The notes: a model not told the origin generated them from the letters alone. 64,000 nt of DNA from an uncultured archaeon (GCA_964493715.1 CAZBPC010000002.1:79470-143469), one strand, 5' to 3'. Shown: positions 32,911 through 43,768, counted from the first letter of the stretch. Numbers and translations are program-made.

Positions 32911-33654
32911 TTATTCGCTTGTTTTTGGCCGAATATACCCAAAATATGACGCTATCATTCCTAACAACACGAAAATCCACGCTAAAAAATAAAACGGAGA
33001 AAATCCAGGTCCACCAAAAAGGATTAATAGTCTATCGATCAAAAAATTAAACGGTACTAGTATATAAAAGATGGACATCAAAGCTAATGATATAAATGCA
33101 TTTTTGAAAGTTTTCCCTTCAGCTAACTTGAAAGATTTATATGAACTTATAAAGAATGGAACATAAATCATTGCCATGAATAGGAATATCAACAAGAATG
33201 CGAATGCATCCAGCAGAGTATTTCCTCTTTCATATACTAGCAAACTGAATGTTAAAGTGATAATCCCGTAAATAATCACGATTATCTTATGAACTCGATT
33301 GTATCCCTTTTCGAAAACATTTACTTTCAAAACATAGGATATAAAAATAGCAATAGTTAGGAAGAAAAAACTAAATCGAAAATCAGTGATTCTCAAAACG
33401 AACCAAGACTGTATAGTTCCCGGATCAGCAAGAGTAGTATTGTAAATGTATTCTACTCCCGAATATAATACTAGAACTTTAGATAACCATGAAAAGATTA
33501 TAGCAATCATGTAAAACAAGAATATCAAGAATAAGTATAGAGTAAATTGGTGTTTTTTTTGGAAATATTTCATTAATATTAAACCAAGTATAAATGCAGC
33601 TATGATAATAATCGTTGTTTCAAATACCATGCCAATGAATATTAAATCGGGCAT
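32911..33654 (-). CDS. Multi-pass (about 7 TM) membrane protein
   Basis: About seven hydrophobic segments. Confidence 0.65.
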   Translation of the reverse strand: MPDLIFIGMVFETTIIIIAAFILGLILMKYFQKKHQFTLYLFLIFLFYMIAIIFSWLSKVLVLYSGVEYIYNTTLADPGTIQSWFVLRITDFRFSFFFLTIAIFISYVLKVNVFEKGYNRVHKIIVIIYGIITLTFSLLVYERGNTLLDAFAFLLIFLFMAMIYVPFFISSYKSFKLAEGKTFKNAFISLALMSIFYILVPFNFLIDRLLILFGGPGFSPFYFLAWIFVLLGMIASYFGYIRPKTSE

Positions 33655-33847
33655 ATTAAAATCATAAAATTTGCATTATTTATACTTTAAGTTTACCAAA
33701 TAAAATAATTCAAGTTGGATTAAAACTTTAGTATAAATATTATAATATTAATTTAAAACATTTTTTTGATTCCGAACCACATCAAAAATTTTATTGCTTT
33801 TTCAATATTTTAAGCTATTGTATCAATAAATCTATTATACCTCCAAT

Positions 33848-34771
33848 ATGATATCCACTATGACAACATACCATCAGGAATTGAAATTAGCAACCGAAAT
33901 TGTAAATACAGCTTCAAAAATAACTGAATGGTTTAGAAATGTTGGTTTCCAATCTTTTCAGAAAGAGGATGATTCTCCTGTAACTATCGCTGATTATGCG
34001 AGTCAAATATATATAATTAATAAGATCTCGGAACAATTTCCCGAAGATCAAATAATTGCTGAAGAAGATGATAATTCTTTTTTTGATAATGAAGTAAAAA
34101 GATCGATTAATTCTTGTTATAAATCTTTAAATATTGGAGAAAATATCAATATTGAAAAAGCAATAATCGCGAAAGATAACAAAAAAACCTCCCGTCAGTG
34201 GACAATAGATCCAATTGATGGTACAAAAGGGTTCCAGAAAGGATTATCATATGCAATAGGTATAGGGTTTATGATAAATTCCGATCCAAAAATATGTGCA
34301 ATCGCAGTTCCAAACTATAAGAAATATGGTAAAGCAATTTTTATCGCTGAAAAAGATAACGGTAGTAAAGTTGCTATTGAAGCTTTAAAGTTCAAAAAAA
34401 TTAAAGTAAGTAATCAATTTCAGCTTAAACAAGCTAAATTGTGCCATTCATTGCACTATGATGAACCTTGGGTTATGGATTTTGCATCACGGGCGGAAAT
34501 AACAAATTTCATTCAAATAGACAGTATGGTTAAATTTTGCATGGTTGCCGATGGAACTGCTGACTTGTATGTAAAACCAATGAATCCAAGTAGATCTTTT
34601 GTTTGGGATTTCCTTCCTGGAATCTTGTTAGTGCAAGAAGCTGGAGGAACTGTTACTGATTTGCGTGGAAACTCAATTGAATTTAATGATGATAAATGCA
34701 TACTAACAACACCCGGATTGATCGCATCTAATTCTATAATCCATAGTGATATTATAGCAAAATTAGCGTGA
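33848..34771 (+). CDS. Inositol monophosphatase family / 3'(2'),5'-bisphosphate nucleotidase
   Basis: SPVTIADY, IAEED, IDPIDGTKGF and WD..G...EAGG.VTD. Confidence 0.88.
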   Translation: MISTMTTYHQELKLATEIVNTASKITEWFRNVGFQSFQKEDDSPVTIADYASQIYIINKISEQFPEDQIIAEEDDNSFFDNEVKRSINSCYKSLNIGENINIEKAIIAKDNKKTSRQWTIDPIDGTKGFQKGLSYAIGIGFMINSDPKICAIAVPNYKKYGKAIFIAEKDNGSKVAIEALKFKKIKVSNQFQLKQAKLCHSLHYDEPWVMDFASRAEITNFIQIDSMVKFCMVADGTADLYVKPMNPSRSFVWDFLPGILLVQEAGGTVTDLRGNSIEFNDDKCILTTPGLIASNSIIHSDIIAKLA

Positions 34772-34795
34772 TCTGAAATTTTTAAGAAAAATGGT

Positions 34796-35884
34796 TTACC
34801 CTTTTAAATAACTAAGTAAATCTTTTTGAATAATGGTTGATCTCGAAATCAAATTCGATAATTTGATTCCAACTAATCTAATTTTACGTTTGTCATTGGA
34901 AAATTCTTTAAACAATTCGAGAATTATCTTGATTGTTTTTTCCTTGTTTTGTGTATGATTTGGAAGCGTCTTAGATCGAGTAAATGTTAAAAAACCTTCC
35001 AGTCGAATTTTTAAAGTAATTGTCTTATAGGAAATATTATCATTCTTGACTTTTTTATGGAGTTTTTCATTAATTTCATCAAATTTTGTTAATATCTCTT
35101 GAAAATCATTTGTATCTTTAAAAAATGTTCTCTCCTTGCTTATCGATTTTCTTTCCCTCATTGAATTCTTTACTTCTCTTTTATCCATTCCATTCGCAAT
35201 ATCCCAAACCCATTTTCCATTTTTTCCGAATTTTTCTATCATTCTGTGAAGGGGAGTATTAATTATGTCTCCGATAACTTTAATTCCTTGGTTATTATAA
35301 TATTCTTTGGATTTTTTTCCAATTCCAGGAATGCGAGTAATATCCAAGGGTGATAAGAATTCCTTGAATTTCTCTGGTTTTACAATAGTGATACCATTAG
35401 GCTTTTTAAAATCTGAAGCTATTTTTGCAATTGATTTAGTAGGAGCACATCCAATTGATAGGGTTATTCCCACCTCATCTAAAACTCTACTTTGAATTTC
35501 TTTTGCAACAATGAATGCATCCTCATAAGTTCTGCAGTTTTCAGAGATATCTATATATGCTTCATCAATACTAACTTGCTGAAAAATTGAACTGACTGAA
35601 TTTATGATTCCCATTACCTTTTCTGAAGCTTCTTGGTATTTTGTAAAATCAGGACGTAAATATATACCATAAGGGCATTTTTTATATGCAATTGAAATTG
35701 GCATTGCGGAGTGAAGACCATATTTTCTCGCTTCATAATTACACGTAGAAACCACTCCCCTTCCTTTTCCAGCTTTAGGATCTGCTCCAACTATAACGGG
35801 CTTATCTTTATAATCTGGATTATCTCTAACCTCAACAGCAGCGAAAAAAGCATCCAAATCGCAATGTAGGATTATTTGATTCAT
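34796..35884 (-). CDS. dinB: DNA polymerase IV (Y family)
   Basis: DLDAFFAAVE, YEARKYG, SIDEAY and AKIASDFKKPNG. Confidence 0.95.
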   Translation of the reverse strand: MNQIILHCDLDAFFAAVEVRDNPDYKDKPVIVGADPKAGKGRGVVSTCNYEARKYGLHSAMPISIAYKKCPYGIYLRPDFTKYQEASEKVMGIINSVSSIFQQVSIDEAYIDISENCRTYEDAFIVAKEIQSRVLDEVGITLSIGCAPTKSIAKIASDFKKPNGITIVKPEKFKEFLSPLDITRIPGIGKKSKEYYNNQGIKVIGDIINTPLHRMIEKFGKNGKWVWDIANGMDKREVKNSMRERKSISKERTFFKDTNDFQEILTKFDEINEKLHKKVKNDNISYKTITLKIRLEGFLTFTRSKTLPNHTQNKEKTIKIILELFKEFSNDKRKIRLVGIKLSNLISRSTIIQKDLLSYLKG

Positions 35885-35948
35885 ATTTTTAATTAGAGGA
35901 ATTAATAACCAATTTCACAAGCATAAAGTGTTTTTATTAATATAAAAA

Positions 35949-36716
35949 ATGCCTCATCAAGAATTTTTTAATTTGGAAAGTTTAGTATTTATTGGACATA
36001 AGCAAAATCTATTTATTTCAAATATTAAAATCAAATATATGAGTTTAATTGATGAAGATCAAATGCGTTTAGTGATAGTGAACGCATCAAAAAAGATATA
36101 TAGCAGAGGATTAGTTCAAGCAGGAGAGGGTAATTTAAGCCTTAGAATCCCTGGTAAAAATGAAATGTTTATCACTCCTACTTACAATACTTATGAAGAC
36201 TTACAAAAAGCAAATTTAGTGCAAATCAATTTTGATGGCATCCTTGTAAATTCCACGAGACAACCCTCTTCAGAATACAGATTACATGTTGATTTATATA
36301 AAGCGCGTCCCAAGGTGATGGCAATCATCCACACTCACTCACCCTATGCTACAATGCTTTCTGTTGCTAGAATGAAAATTCCAGTTTTAATTGAAGAGCA
36401 AGTCATATTTCTTGGTGGTCATATCGATGTTTCCGAGTTTGCTTCTGCCCATACTGAAGAATTTAGTAATAATGCAATAAAAGGACTAGGAACAAGAAAT
36501 GCAACTTTGATGGCTAATCATGGAGTTCTAGCTTGTGGTAAATCAATGAGTGACGCTATTAAAATGGCAGAATTAGTAGAAAAATTAGCTTGGATTTATT
36601 ATGGTGCAAAATTAATGGGTGGTCCCGTAAGTATTTCTGATAAATCTTGCCCTATGTTTATTGAAGTGTTTGAAGAAAAATTTGCCACACATGAAAAGTT
36701 AATTAGTGATTGTTAG
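35949..36716 (+). CDS. Class II aldolase (FucA-like)
   Basis: EGNLS, PSSEYRLH, HTHSPY and ANHG. Real start probably at MSLID. Confidence 0.88.
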   Translation: MPHQEFFNLESLVFIGHKQNLFISNIKIKYMSLIDEDQMRLVIVNASKKIYSRGLVQAGEGNLSLRIPGKNEMFITPTYNTYEDLQKANLVQINFDGILVNSTRQPSSEYRLHVDLYKARPKVMAIIHTHSPYATMLSVARMKIPVLIEEQVIFLGGHIDVSEFASAHTEEFSNNAIKGLGTRNATLMANHGVLACGKSMSDAIKMAELVEKLAWIYYGAKLMGGPVSISDKSCPMFIEVFEEKFATHEKLISDC

Positions 36717-36757
36717 GTTTGAATTAGCTTTTTTAATCTTTTTTAATTTATTTATAT

Positions 36758-37432
36758 ATGGAACCAGAAAAAATTAGGGAATTGAGAAATGCTGTTGTAG
36801 ATGCCGCTAAATCGATTTTTTCTAAAGGTTTGGTTGAAAATAATGAAGGTAATGTTAGCATCCGTGTTGGGAAAAATGAAGAATATTTAATTACTCCAAC
36901 CGCAAATCAATATGATACACTCACCGAAGATCAGATTGTTCATATGGCTTTTGATGGAACTCCTTTAAGTTCTGGAAAATTGCCATCAAGTGAAACCAAA
37001 CTACATACAGCAATTTTTAAATCAAGACCAAAAGTTCAATGCGTTATTCATACCCATTCAACCTTTGCCACAATGCTATCAGTTGTAAGAAAAGGTATCC
37101 CAATAATAATGGAGGAACAAATAATTTATTTAGGGGGGTCCATTGATGTGTCAAATTATGGAGAAGCTCATACTGATGATATTGGAGAAGTTGCCCTTAA
37201 AGCTTTAGGTTATAAGAATGGTGCGATATTAGCAAATCATGGAGTTATAGTATGTGGGAAATCGGCTTCTAATGCAATAAAAAACGCAGAATTAGTTGAA
37301 AAATTCGCAAAGATCTATTGGGGAAGCCTTCTTATTGGAGAGCCTCAACTCTTGATTGATGAGGATTTAGAAAGATTTCATAAAATGTTTCAACAATTAT
37401 TTGCTAATTGCCCAAGAAAATTATTAAAATAA
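36758..37432 (+). CDS. Class II aldolase (FucA-like), tandem paralog
   Basis: EGNVS, PSSETKLH, HTHS and ANHG. Confidence 0.9.
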   Translation: MEPEKIRELRNAVVDAAKSIFSKGLVENNEGNVSIRVGKNEEYLITPTANQYDTLTEDQIVHMAFDGTPLSSGKLPSSETKLHTAIFKSRPKVQCVIHTHSTFATMLSVVRKGIPIIMEEQIIYLGGSIDVSNYGEAHTDDIGEVALKALGYKNGAILANHGVIVCGKSASNAIKNAELVEKFAKIYWGSLLIGEPQLLIDEDLERFHKMFQQLFANCPRKLLK

Positions 37433-37448
37433 ACCTAAAGAAGAAATC

Positions 37449-38275
37449 ATGTTATTAGGGATTAGTACTTTAGCACATTTAATAGACAATGTCTCCAAAA
37501 AAACTGGTAGTCTTTTTGATAATTTTTTTAAAGCAACAGAAGGTTGTTTTAATTTTGCTGAAGAAAATGATATTCTTGTTGTAGAAATTGTTATAGAACC
37601 TCAGACTATCATTAGAGGTGAAAATAAACATAAATTCATTGATTTAGTTAACTCATACTCGCTTCAAAAACAAGTGCATGGACCTTATATCGATATCAAT
37701 TTATGTTCTCATAATAATACTATTTCTATGGCATCAGTTGAATCATATTTAGAAACGTATAATATCTGTAAAGAAATTAATATTAATCTGATGACCGTTC
37801 ATCCGGGACAAGCCAACCCCATGATGACTTCAATAGGATAATATAATAAAATACAGCTTGCAGAAGGTGTATCGAAAATATTAGACACAATTAATAATTC
37901 AGAGTTTACGATTTGCCTTGAGAATATGCCAAAAAGCACATTTATTATGCTTGATCAGAATGATATTGAAGTTGTTCTAAAGAAAATTAATCGATCTGAT
38001 TTAAAATTGACCTATGATACTAGTTATTTCTATACTAATGATGGTAATATTAAGTTTTATGGGATAAATATCATAAAATTATTAAACATGTCCACCTTGT
38101 TGAAAACTTTTCAAAATTTTCAGATACTCATCCAACCTTAGGGACTGGAAAAATTAATTTCCAAGAAATTTTCAATCAACTCAAAAAATTTCAATATGGG
38201 GGATCTTTAATTATTGAATTAGCATCATCGATTAATCTACAAACGAGTATTCAATATATTTATCAATTTTTAAAG
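37449..38275 (+). pseudogene. Xylose-isomerase-like TIM barrel (sugar phosphate isomerase/epimerase), disrupted
   Basis: VHGPYIDINL, TVHPG, CLENMP, TYDT, HVHL, and DTHPTLGTGKINF. In-frame TAA at 37839-41 and a frameshift near 38055. End coordinate approximate. Confidence 0.75.
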
Positions 38276-38350
38276 TTAGTTAGAAGGGAACATTATTTTC
38301 TTTATTTTCGTTTAAAATTTATAATAAAATCTACCTTAATAATTGTAATT

Positions 38351-38743
38351 ATGAAAATAATTTCTTTGCAAATTAGCGATGATTTATTAGTTAGATTTGA
38401 AAAAGTTAGATTCAGAAGTGGATTTAATTCAAAAAGTGAAGCCTTGAGGGATGCAATTGTAAAATTCATTGAGAATTATGAGAAATTTGAAAATCTGAAT
38501 GGATATAAGATAATGACAATAAATTTGGTTTATCCATTTAAAAATATCATATCAGATGAGATTTCAGAATTATATAACCAATTCAACGCGATTATAAAAG
38601 CAATTACTGATTGGAGAATTGTAGAAAAAAAAATAGAAGTTGTATTAACAGTGGGAGAATTTGGACTTATTAAGGATTTGTATCAATCTCTGGCCAAAAT
38701 AAAAGATGTATCTTGCTCAATTCATGAGATTGTTATCGATTAA
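38351..38743 (+). CDS. CopG/NikR-like ribbon-helix-helix regulator
   Basis: IISLQISDDLL...SKSEALRDAI plus an ACT-like C domain. Confidence 0.8.
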   Translation: MKIISLQISDDLLVRFEKVRFRSGFNSKSEALRDAIVKFIENYEKFENLNGYKIMTINLVYPFKNIISDEISELYNQFNAIIKAITDWRIVEKKIEVVLTVGEFGLIKDLYQSLAKIKDVSCSIHEIVID

Positions 38744-38752
38744 ATTGTTCAA

Positions 38753-39622
38753 TTAGTCAAATCGAAGTGAAATATCGACTTTTTCAGGAGGAAATTGGGT
38801 TAATTCACTGGAGCTTATAATATCTGGTTCAGCAATCACATAATCGACGAAATTTTCTAATGTAATACCTCCTGAAACTTCAATTATTACCATTCCACGA
38901 ACTTTATTCCTTTTCAATGTACTAATTGCATTCCCTACTTGATCAGGGGTCATATTATCGAGCATGATGATGTCTGCCCCTAATTTAGCTGCAATTAAAA
39001 CATCTTCAACCCTTTCAATTTCAATTTCAATTTTTTTTGTGAAACTAGCACTCTTTTTTATTTCTCTCATCATTTCCTCTATGTTTCCATTGTAATATTT
39101 TAAATGTGTATCTTTCAATAATATCATATCATCGAGTGAAAAACGATGTGTTTCCCCTCCACCGAGAAAAACTGCTTTCTTCTCAAAAATACGCAATCCT
39201 GGAAGCGTTTTACGTGTACATGCTATCTTTACAGCTTTTCCAGAATTTTTAATAATTTCTACATACTTACGAGTAGTAGTAGTTATGGCACTCATATGAG
39301 AGAGCAAATTTAGAGCTGTTCGTTCTCCAAATAGTATTGATTGTGTTTCTCCTTTTAGATGGGCAAGGATATCTCCTTTCTTCACTCGATCTCCATCTTC
39401 TTTAACAAGGTTCACGGATACATTTAAAATGTCATATATTAAATTCAATTCTTCTAATCCACTAATATAACCACTGCTTTTTGCTATAACTTTTGCAGAA
39501 CTAATTGCAATTTCGGGAATTATACTTGAACTCACGTCACTGAAATGACAATCTTCTTCAAGAAATTCTCTAATTTTTCTCTCTAAAATTAAGTTATTAA
39601 ACTTCACTTTGATGATCACCAA
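38753..39622 (-). CDS. nadC: Quinolinate phosphoribosyltransferase
   Basis: ERTALN, TRKTLPGLR, HRFSL, LKDTH, MLDNM and SGGI. Confidence 0.95.
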   Translation of the reverse strand: MVIIKVKFNNLILERKIREFLEEDCHFSDVSSSIIPEIAISSAKVIAKSSGYISGLEELNLIYDILNVSVNLVKEDGDRVKKGDILAHLKGETQSILFGERTALNLLSHMSAITTTTRKYVEIIKNSGKAVKIACTRKTLPGLRIFEKKAVFLGGGETHRFSLDDMILLKDTHLKYYNGNIEEMMREIKKSASFTKKIEIEIERVEDVLIAAKLGADIIMLDNMTPDQVGNAISTLKRNKVRGMVIIEVSGGITLENFVDYVIAEPDIISSSELTQFPPEKVDISLRFD

Positions 39623-39662
39623 CTGTAGTATAATTATTATAGAATCAAATCTAATTAAAATT

Positions 39663-40319
39663 ATGCTAATGATTCAAGGTAATGAAGTATCTTTAGAAGC
39701 GGAGATTTTTCAGTCAGGAAATGAATTTAACAATACTGTAGTCTTAATATGCCATCCTCATCCTCAATTTCTGTAGGGTTTCCTAAGAAAGGGAAAATAT
39801 GGAGGATCGATGCATAATAATGTTATATCTTATATTTTCAATCATTTAGTTAAAAATGATATCTCGTGTTTACGTTTCAATTTCAGAGGTGTAGAAAGAT
39901 CAACTGGAAAACATTCAGGAGGAAGTGGAGAGTTATCTGATGTTCATAGTTGTATTACATTTCTCCAAAAAAGAGAGATACAAAGGATAATAATATGTGG
40001 GTATTCTTATGGTGCCGCTATCGGATGCTCAGCTGTAAATTTTTCAGAATCAATCATAGGATTCTGCGCGATTTCTTTTCCGTGGGATTTTATGGGAAAA
40101 AATTACAAAAATCTCTCACAAACTGAAAAACCTAAACTATTTATTCAAGGGGATCAAGATTCTATTGCTAGTTTTGATAATTTCTTGTCTCATTATAATT
40201 TCTATAAGGAACCCAAAGAAAAAATTATTATCAAGGGAGCTGATCACTTCTATTGGGGATTAGAAGGAATTTTAGCAGATAAAGTGGTTAAATTTGTAAA
40301 AAAGTTCAATCCATCTTAA
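39663..40319 (+). CDS. Alpha/beta hydrolase; split gene (exons 39663-39766 and 39797-40319, 208 aa when spliced)
   Basis: Spliced sequence LICHPHPQYGGSMHNNV, then LRFNFRGV, nucleophile GYSYG, QGDQD and GADHF. Confidence 0.88.
39767..39796 (+). other. 30-nt BHB-type intron in hydrolase mRNA
   Basis: Central helix TCCT(39761-64)/GGGA(39791-94), bulges CAA and AAA, inner stems TTTCT/AGAAA and TAGG/CCTA. Contains an in-frame TAG. Confidence 0.85.
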
Positions 40320-40349
40320 CCAACAACATTTAATCATATGAAATCTGAC

Positions 40350-40748
40350 TTAAATAGTTGATAATTTCTCTAAATCTTGAAAACTGTTTTGTACAGCCCA
40401 ATCAAGCAGTTGTTCATAATATCTCTCAATATCATCCGATTCTGGTGGCTTAGAGAGAACAGCTAATAAAAATTGAGTTTTATCGTCTTTCATAATAATA
40501 TTTCTGCAAATAATAAAATCATTAACATACTTGATCTTCAAACTTGCTAATAGAGATAAACTTAATTCTTCAGATGCTTTATATGCGGCATCACTCAGTA
40601 AGGATCCCATAGCCGCTATTACTCTTTCATCAACCTCATCTACTTTTTGTGAAGCTAAAACAAGTCCTGTAGAAGTAGAAAAAAGAGACGCTCGAAAATT
40701 ACCATTATCATTGAGTTCTTTCAGAATCATCTCAAGTTTGCCAACCAT
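40350..40748 (-). CDS. Roadblock/LC7 domain protein
   Basis: SLFSTSTGLVLAS and IAAMGSLLSDAA. Confidence 0.78.
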   Translation of the reverse strand: MVGKLEMILKELNDNGNFRASLFSTSTGLVLASQKVDEVDERVIAAMGSLLSDAAYKASEELSLSLLASLKIKYVNDFIICRNIIMKDDKTQFLLAVLSKPPESDDIERYYEQLLDWAVQNSFQDLEKLSTI

Positions 40749-40878
40749 TTTAAATTTCCACTTTCGTTAAATTGATTTATAAATATGTAAATTATAAGCT
40801 CTTTACTATATTTAACATTAACTGATTTCTAATTTTATACGATTACAATCATATTTTGATTCTAAAAAAAAAATAGCA

Positions 40879-41403
40879 TTAACCTAATTTTAGATTTATG
40901 ATATAAGTAGATAAAATGTTATTTTCATCAATAGACATGGTTATCACGCTCGGTCTCGCAACGGGTTTATCAAATCCTCGTTTTTGAGCTGGAGCCTTAG
41001 GATTTGTAGGGCTACCTGGATTTATAAGTAATGTGTTAAATCTGGTCCCTTTGATTAATTGTTGATGAGAGTGACCTATGATCAATATATGAATTTCATT
41101 ACTTTTAAAGAAATTCTCCAAATCTTTGGGTTCTTCGTGAATAACACCGATGTTATATTTTCCCGCGGGAAACTTAATGAATCTTTCAAGATCTTTTATG
41201 TTATCGTCATGACCTTTAACAGATATAGTTGGAGCAATCATATTTAAATCCTTTAGAAAATTCTTGCTACAAATATCTCCTGCATGAATAATTTGATCAA
41301 CATCTTTGAAAACTCTTTTTAACTCATATAACAATTCATTAGTCTTAGTTACATCATCATTTTCAGTAATGTGTGTATCTGAAATTATTCCATATTTAAC
41401 CAT
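40879..41403 (-). CDS. YfcE/Vps29-like metallophosphoesterase
   Basis: ISDTH, HAGD, GHSH and INPGS. Confidence 0.88.
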   Translation of the reverse strand: MVKYGIISDTHITENDDVTKTNELLYELKRVFKDVDQIIHAGDICSKNFLKDLNMIAPTISVKGHDDNIKDLERFIKFPAGKYNIGVIHEEPKDLENFFKSNEIHILIIGHSHQQLIKGTRFNTLLINPGSPTNPKAPAQKRGFDKPVARPSVITMSIDENNILSTYIINLKLG

Positions 41404-41415
41404 GCTATCGCACCA

Positions 41416-42471
41416 TTAATAAAAAACTACTCCTATAATAAAAATAAGAAATCCAAACAAAAAGTCGAGCATTATTCGTATTATTTTAGATTTAGTATTT
41501 TCTCTAATTTGAGCATCATTTTTGAAATATAGTTTTATATCTTTTGTACCTATTGAAAAGCTTTCTTTAATGAGAGGAAATTCTAATAATAATAAAACAA
41601 TACCAATAACCATTAATGGAAGATAAAGAAACAATGCTAGAATCATAAAGTCATTTCCTTGAAGATAATTCCAAATTGCATGTGCAGATATAATATTATT
41701 AATACCGTGTGCGAATATAGCGGGAAAAATCCATCGCCGCCTTAAAACAGTCATCGAAAGGATCATTCCTATAAAAAATGCTTCAATCATCCATATAAAA
41801 GGAAAAAATATTGGAGCTCTTGGACTTGCAGGGCTAAATAAATAAGCAAAATGACCCATACCAAAATAAAAGGAAGAAATTACGACTGCCGACATTTTAG
41901 AAACATAATCACTTCCCCTATTTGCTAAAAATCCCCTAGTTAGAGATTCCTCATAAAAAGCGACTGAAAATTGTATGATTATTACTGAACCTAAAAATAT
42001 GAGATATGGCTCAAAAAAATAGGAATTTGTGACGTTAAAGGTTAAGACCAAAGCAGAATATTCAAGCATTTGTGGCGCAAAAAAATAAGTTAAGAAATCA
42101 ATTGGAATAAAAACTAAAAATAAAATCAAAATCCCATATAATAATTGAAACTTAAAATTCGATCTTTTTATAACAAATAAACCGAGAAAATTTCGAGATG
42201 GGCTCGTATCTCTCTCTAATATAAGTTCTCCTCGCTTCCCATATAAGGCAAAATTAGAAACATACAGGAATAAAGTAATAGCTACAATCACTATCATAGC
42301 TCTTACTAGAAAATATGAGATGCCATAAATTGCTCCATAATTTTGAAGAAATGATAATGGAAGTAATATAATTGAGGTAATGAGGATGCCCAGAAAAATG
42401 AGGACAGTCTCAAGTAAAAAATAGAATCTTTGTATAACCATTTTTTTCGTTGAACTTCGTTTTCTTGTCAT
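41416..42471 (-). CDS. CPBP (CAAX/Abi) intramembrane metalloprotease
   Basis: EESLTRG, FGMGH and AHGINN. Confidence 0.85.
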   Translation of the reverse strand: MTRKRSSTKKMVIQRFYFLLETVLIFLGILITSIILLPLSFLQNYGAIYGISYFLVRAMIVIVAITLFLYVSNFALYGKRGELILERDTSPSRNFLGLFVIKRSNFKFQLLYGILILFLVFIPIDFLTYFFAPQMLEYSALVLTFNVTNSYFFEPYLIFLGSVIIIQFSVAFYEESLTRGFLANRGSDYVSKMSAVVISSFYFGMGHFAYLFSPASPRAPIFFPFIWMIEAFFIGMILSMTVLRRRWIFPAIFAHGINNIISAHAIWNYLQGNDFMILALFLYLPLMVIGIVLLLLEFPLIKESFSIGTKDIKLYFKNDAQIRENTKSKIIRIMLDFLFGFLIFIIGVVFY

Positions 42472-42580
42472 AGAGGAATTACCTTAATAGATTAATTTAG
42501 AAATTATAATATAATTAATAGTATAAATATTATCGTTTCATTGTTAAGTTTATCATCAGTATTTAATCATCTAGTTGTAG

Positions 42581-43768
42581 TTAATTATATTCAAAAGAAC
42601 CAAATTCTGATTTAATTTCAACGACATTTTTTTTAGCACTTGGGGATTCTTCACAGAAACCAATAATTTTTGATTCAATTGCAAACTTTCTACAGATCTC
42701 CATAATTTTTTTTGCATTGGACTCACTACAGTAGATTTCTAAACGATTCCCCATATTAAAAACTTGATACATATCTCTCCACGGCGTTTCAGAGGAGTTC
42801 TGAATAATTTCGAAAATTTTGGGTGCTTTAAATAGGTTATTCTTTATATATTTTATCCCCTTACCAAAATTTAGAACCTTAGTTTGCCCTCCTCCTGTAT
42901 TTTGAATAATGCCATGAATTTCTTTTCTAAAATTATGTAAAATTTCAATTAATACTGGAGCATAAGTTCTAGTTGGAGATAGAAGAGATTTACCTATATC
43001 TAATTCTAATCCTGGAAGCTTATCTGTTAATAAATGTATACCAAAAAAGAGTAATTCCTCATTAGTCTCTCTATCAAAACACTCGGGATATGTTTCGTGG
43101 TATTTATGAGCCAGTACACCATGGCGAGCAAGTGTTAACCCATTACTCCCTATACCACTGTTATATTCATCCTCATATACTGCCTTTCCATCACTAGCTA
43201 ATCCTAATATTACGTCACCGGGTTGAATATTTGATGCATCTATCACATCTTTTCGCTCCATTGTTGTAAACATTGACGCGTCAACTAATAAAGTCTTTAC
43301 AATATCCCCCACATCAGCAGTTTCGCCTCCACACATAATCACTTTTAAGCCGAGTTCCGTCAATTTACTACTATAGGACTGATATTCATTAATAATTTCA
43401 TTAACAATTTGTCCTGAAATGTAATGACTATTTCTCCCGATATTGTTTGATAAGAAATAATCCCCCGTTGCTCCTACGCATAGCATATCATCAATATTCA
43501 TGACCATCGCGTCTCTAACAATACCTCTAAATACAGAGATGTCATTTGTTTCTCTATAATACATGTATGCTAAACTGCTTTTGGTTCCTGCCCCATCGGA
43601 ATGAAATATTGAACAATATTTAGTTCTCATTCTTACATCTTCCACGATCTTACAAAAAGCTCCAGGAAATAATCCTTTATTGATATTTTCTATTGCATTG
43701 TGAACAACTTCTTTTTTAGATGAAACACCTAATTGGGAGTAAATATTTTTCTCATCTGGCATTTTCAT
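42581..43768 (-). CDS. purM: AIR synthase (phosphoribosylformylglycinamidine cyclo-ligase)
   Basis: DGAGTKS, MNIDD, GGETAD, GSNG and VFNMG; directly downstream of purB. Confidence 0.88.
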   Translation of the reverse strand: MKMPDEKNIYSQLGVSSKKEVVHNAIENINKGLFPGAFCKIVEDVRMRTKYCSIFHSDGAGTKSSLAYMYYRETNDISVFRGIVRDAMVMNIDDMLCVGATGDYFLSNNIGRNSHYISGQIVNEIINEYQSYSSKLTELGLKVIMCGGETADVGDIVKTLLVDASMFTTMERKDVIDASNIQPGDVILGLASDGKAVYEDEYNSGIGSNGLTLARHGVLAHKYHETYPECFDRETNEELLFFGIHLLTDKLPGLELDIGKSLLSPTRTYAPVLIEILHNFRKEIHGIIQNTGGGQTKVLNFGKGIKYIKNNLFKAPKIFEIIQNSSETPWRDMYQVFNMGNRLEIYCSESNAKKIMEICRKFAIESKIIGFCEESPSAKKNVVEIKSEFGSFEYN

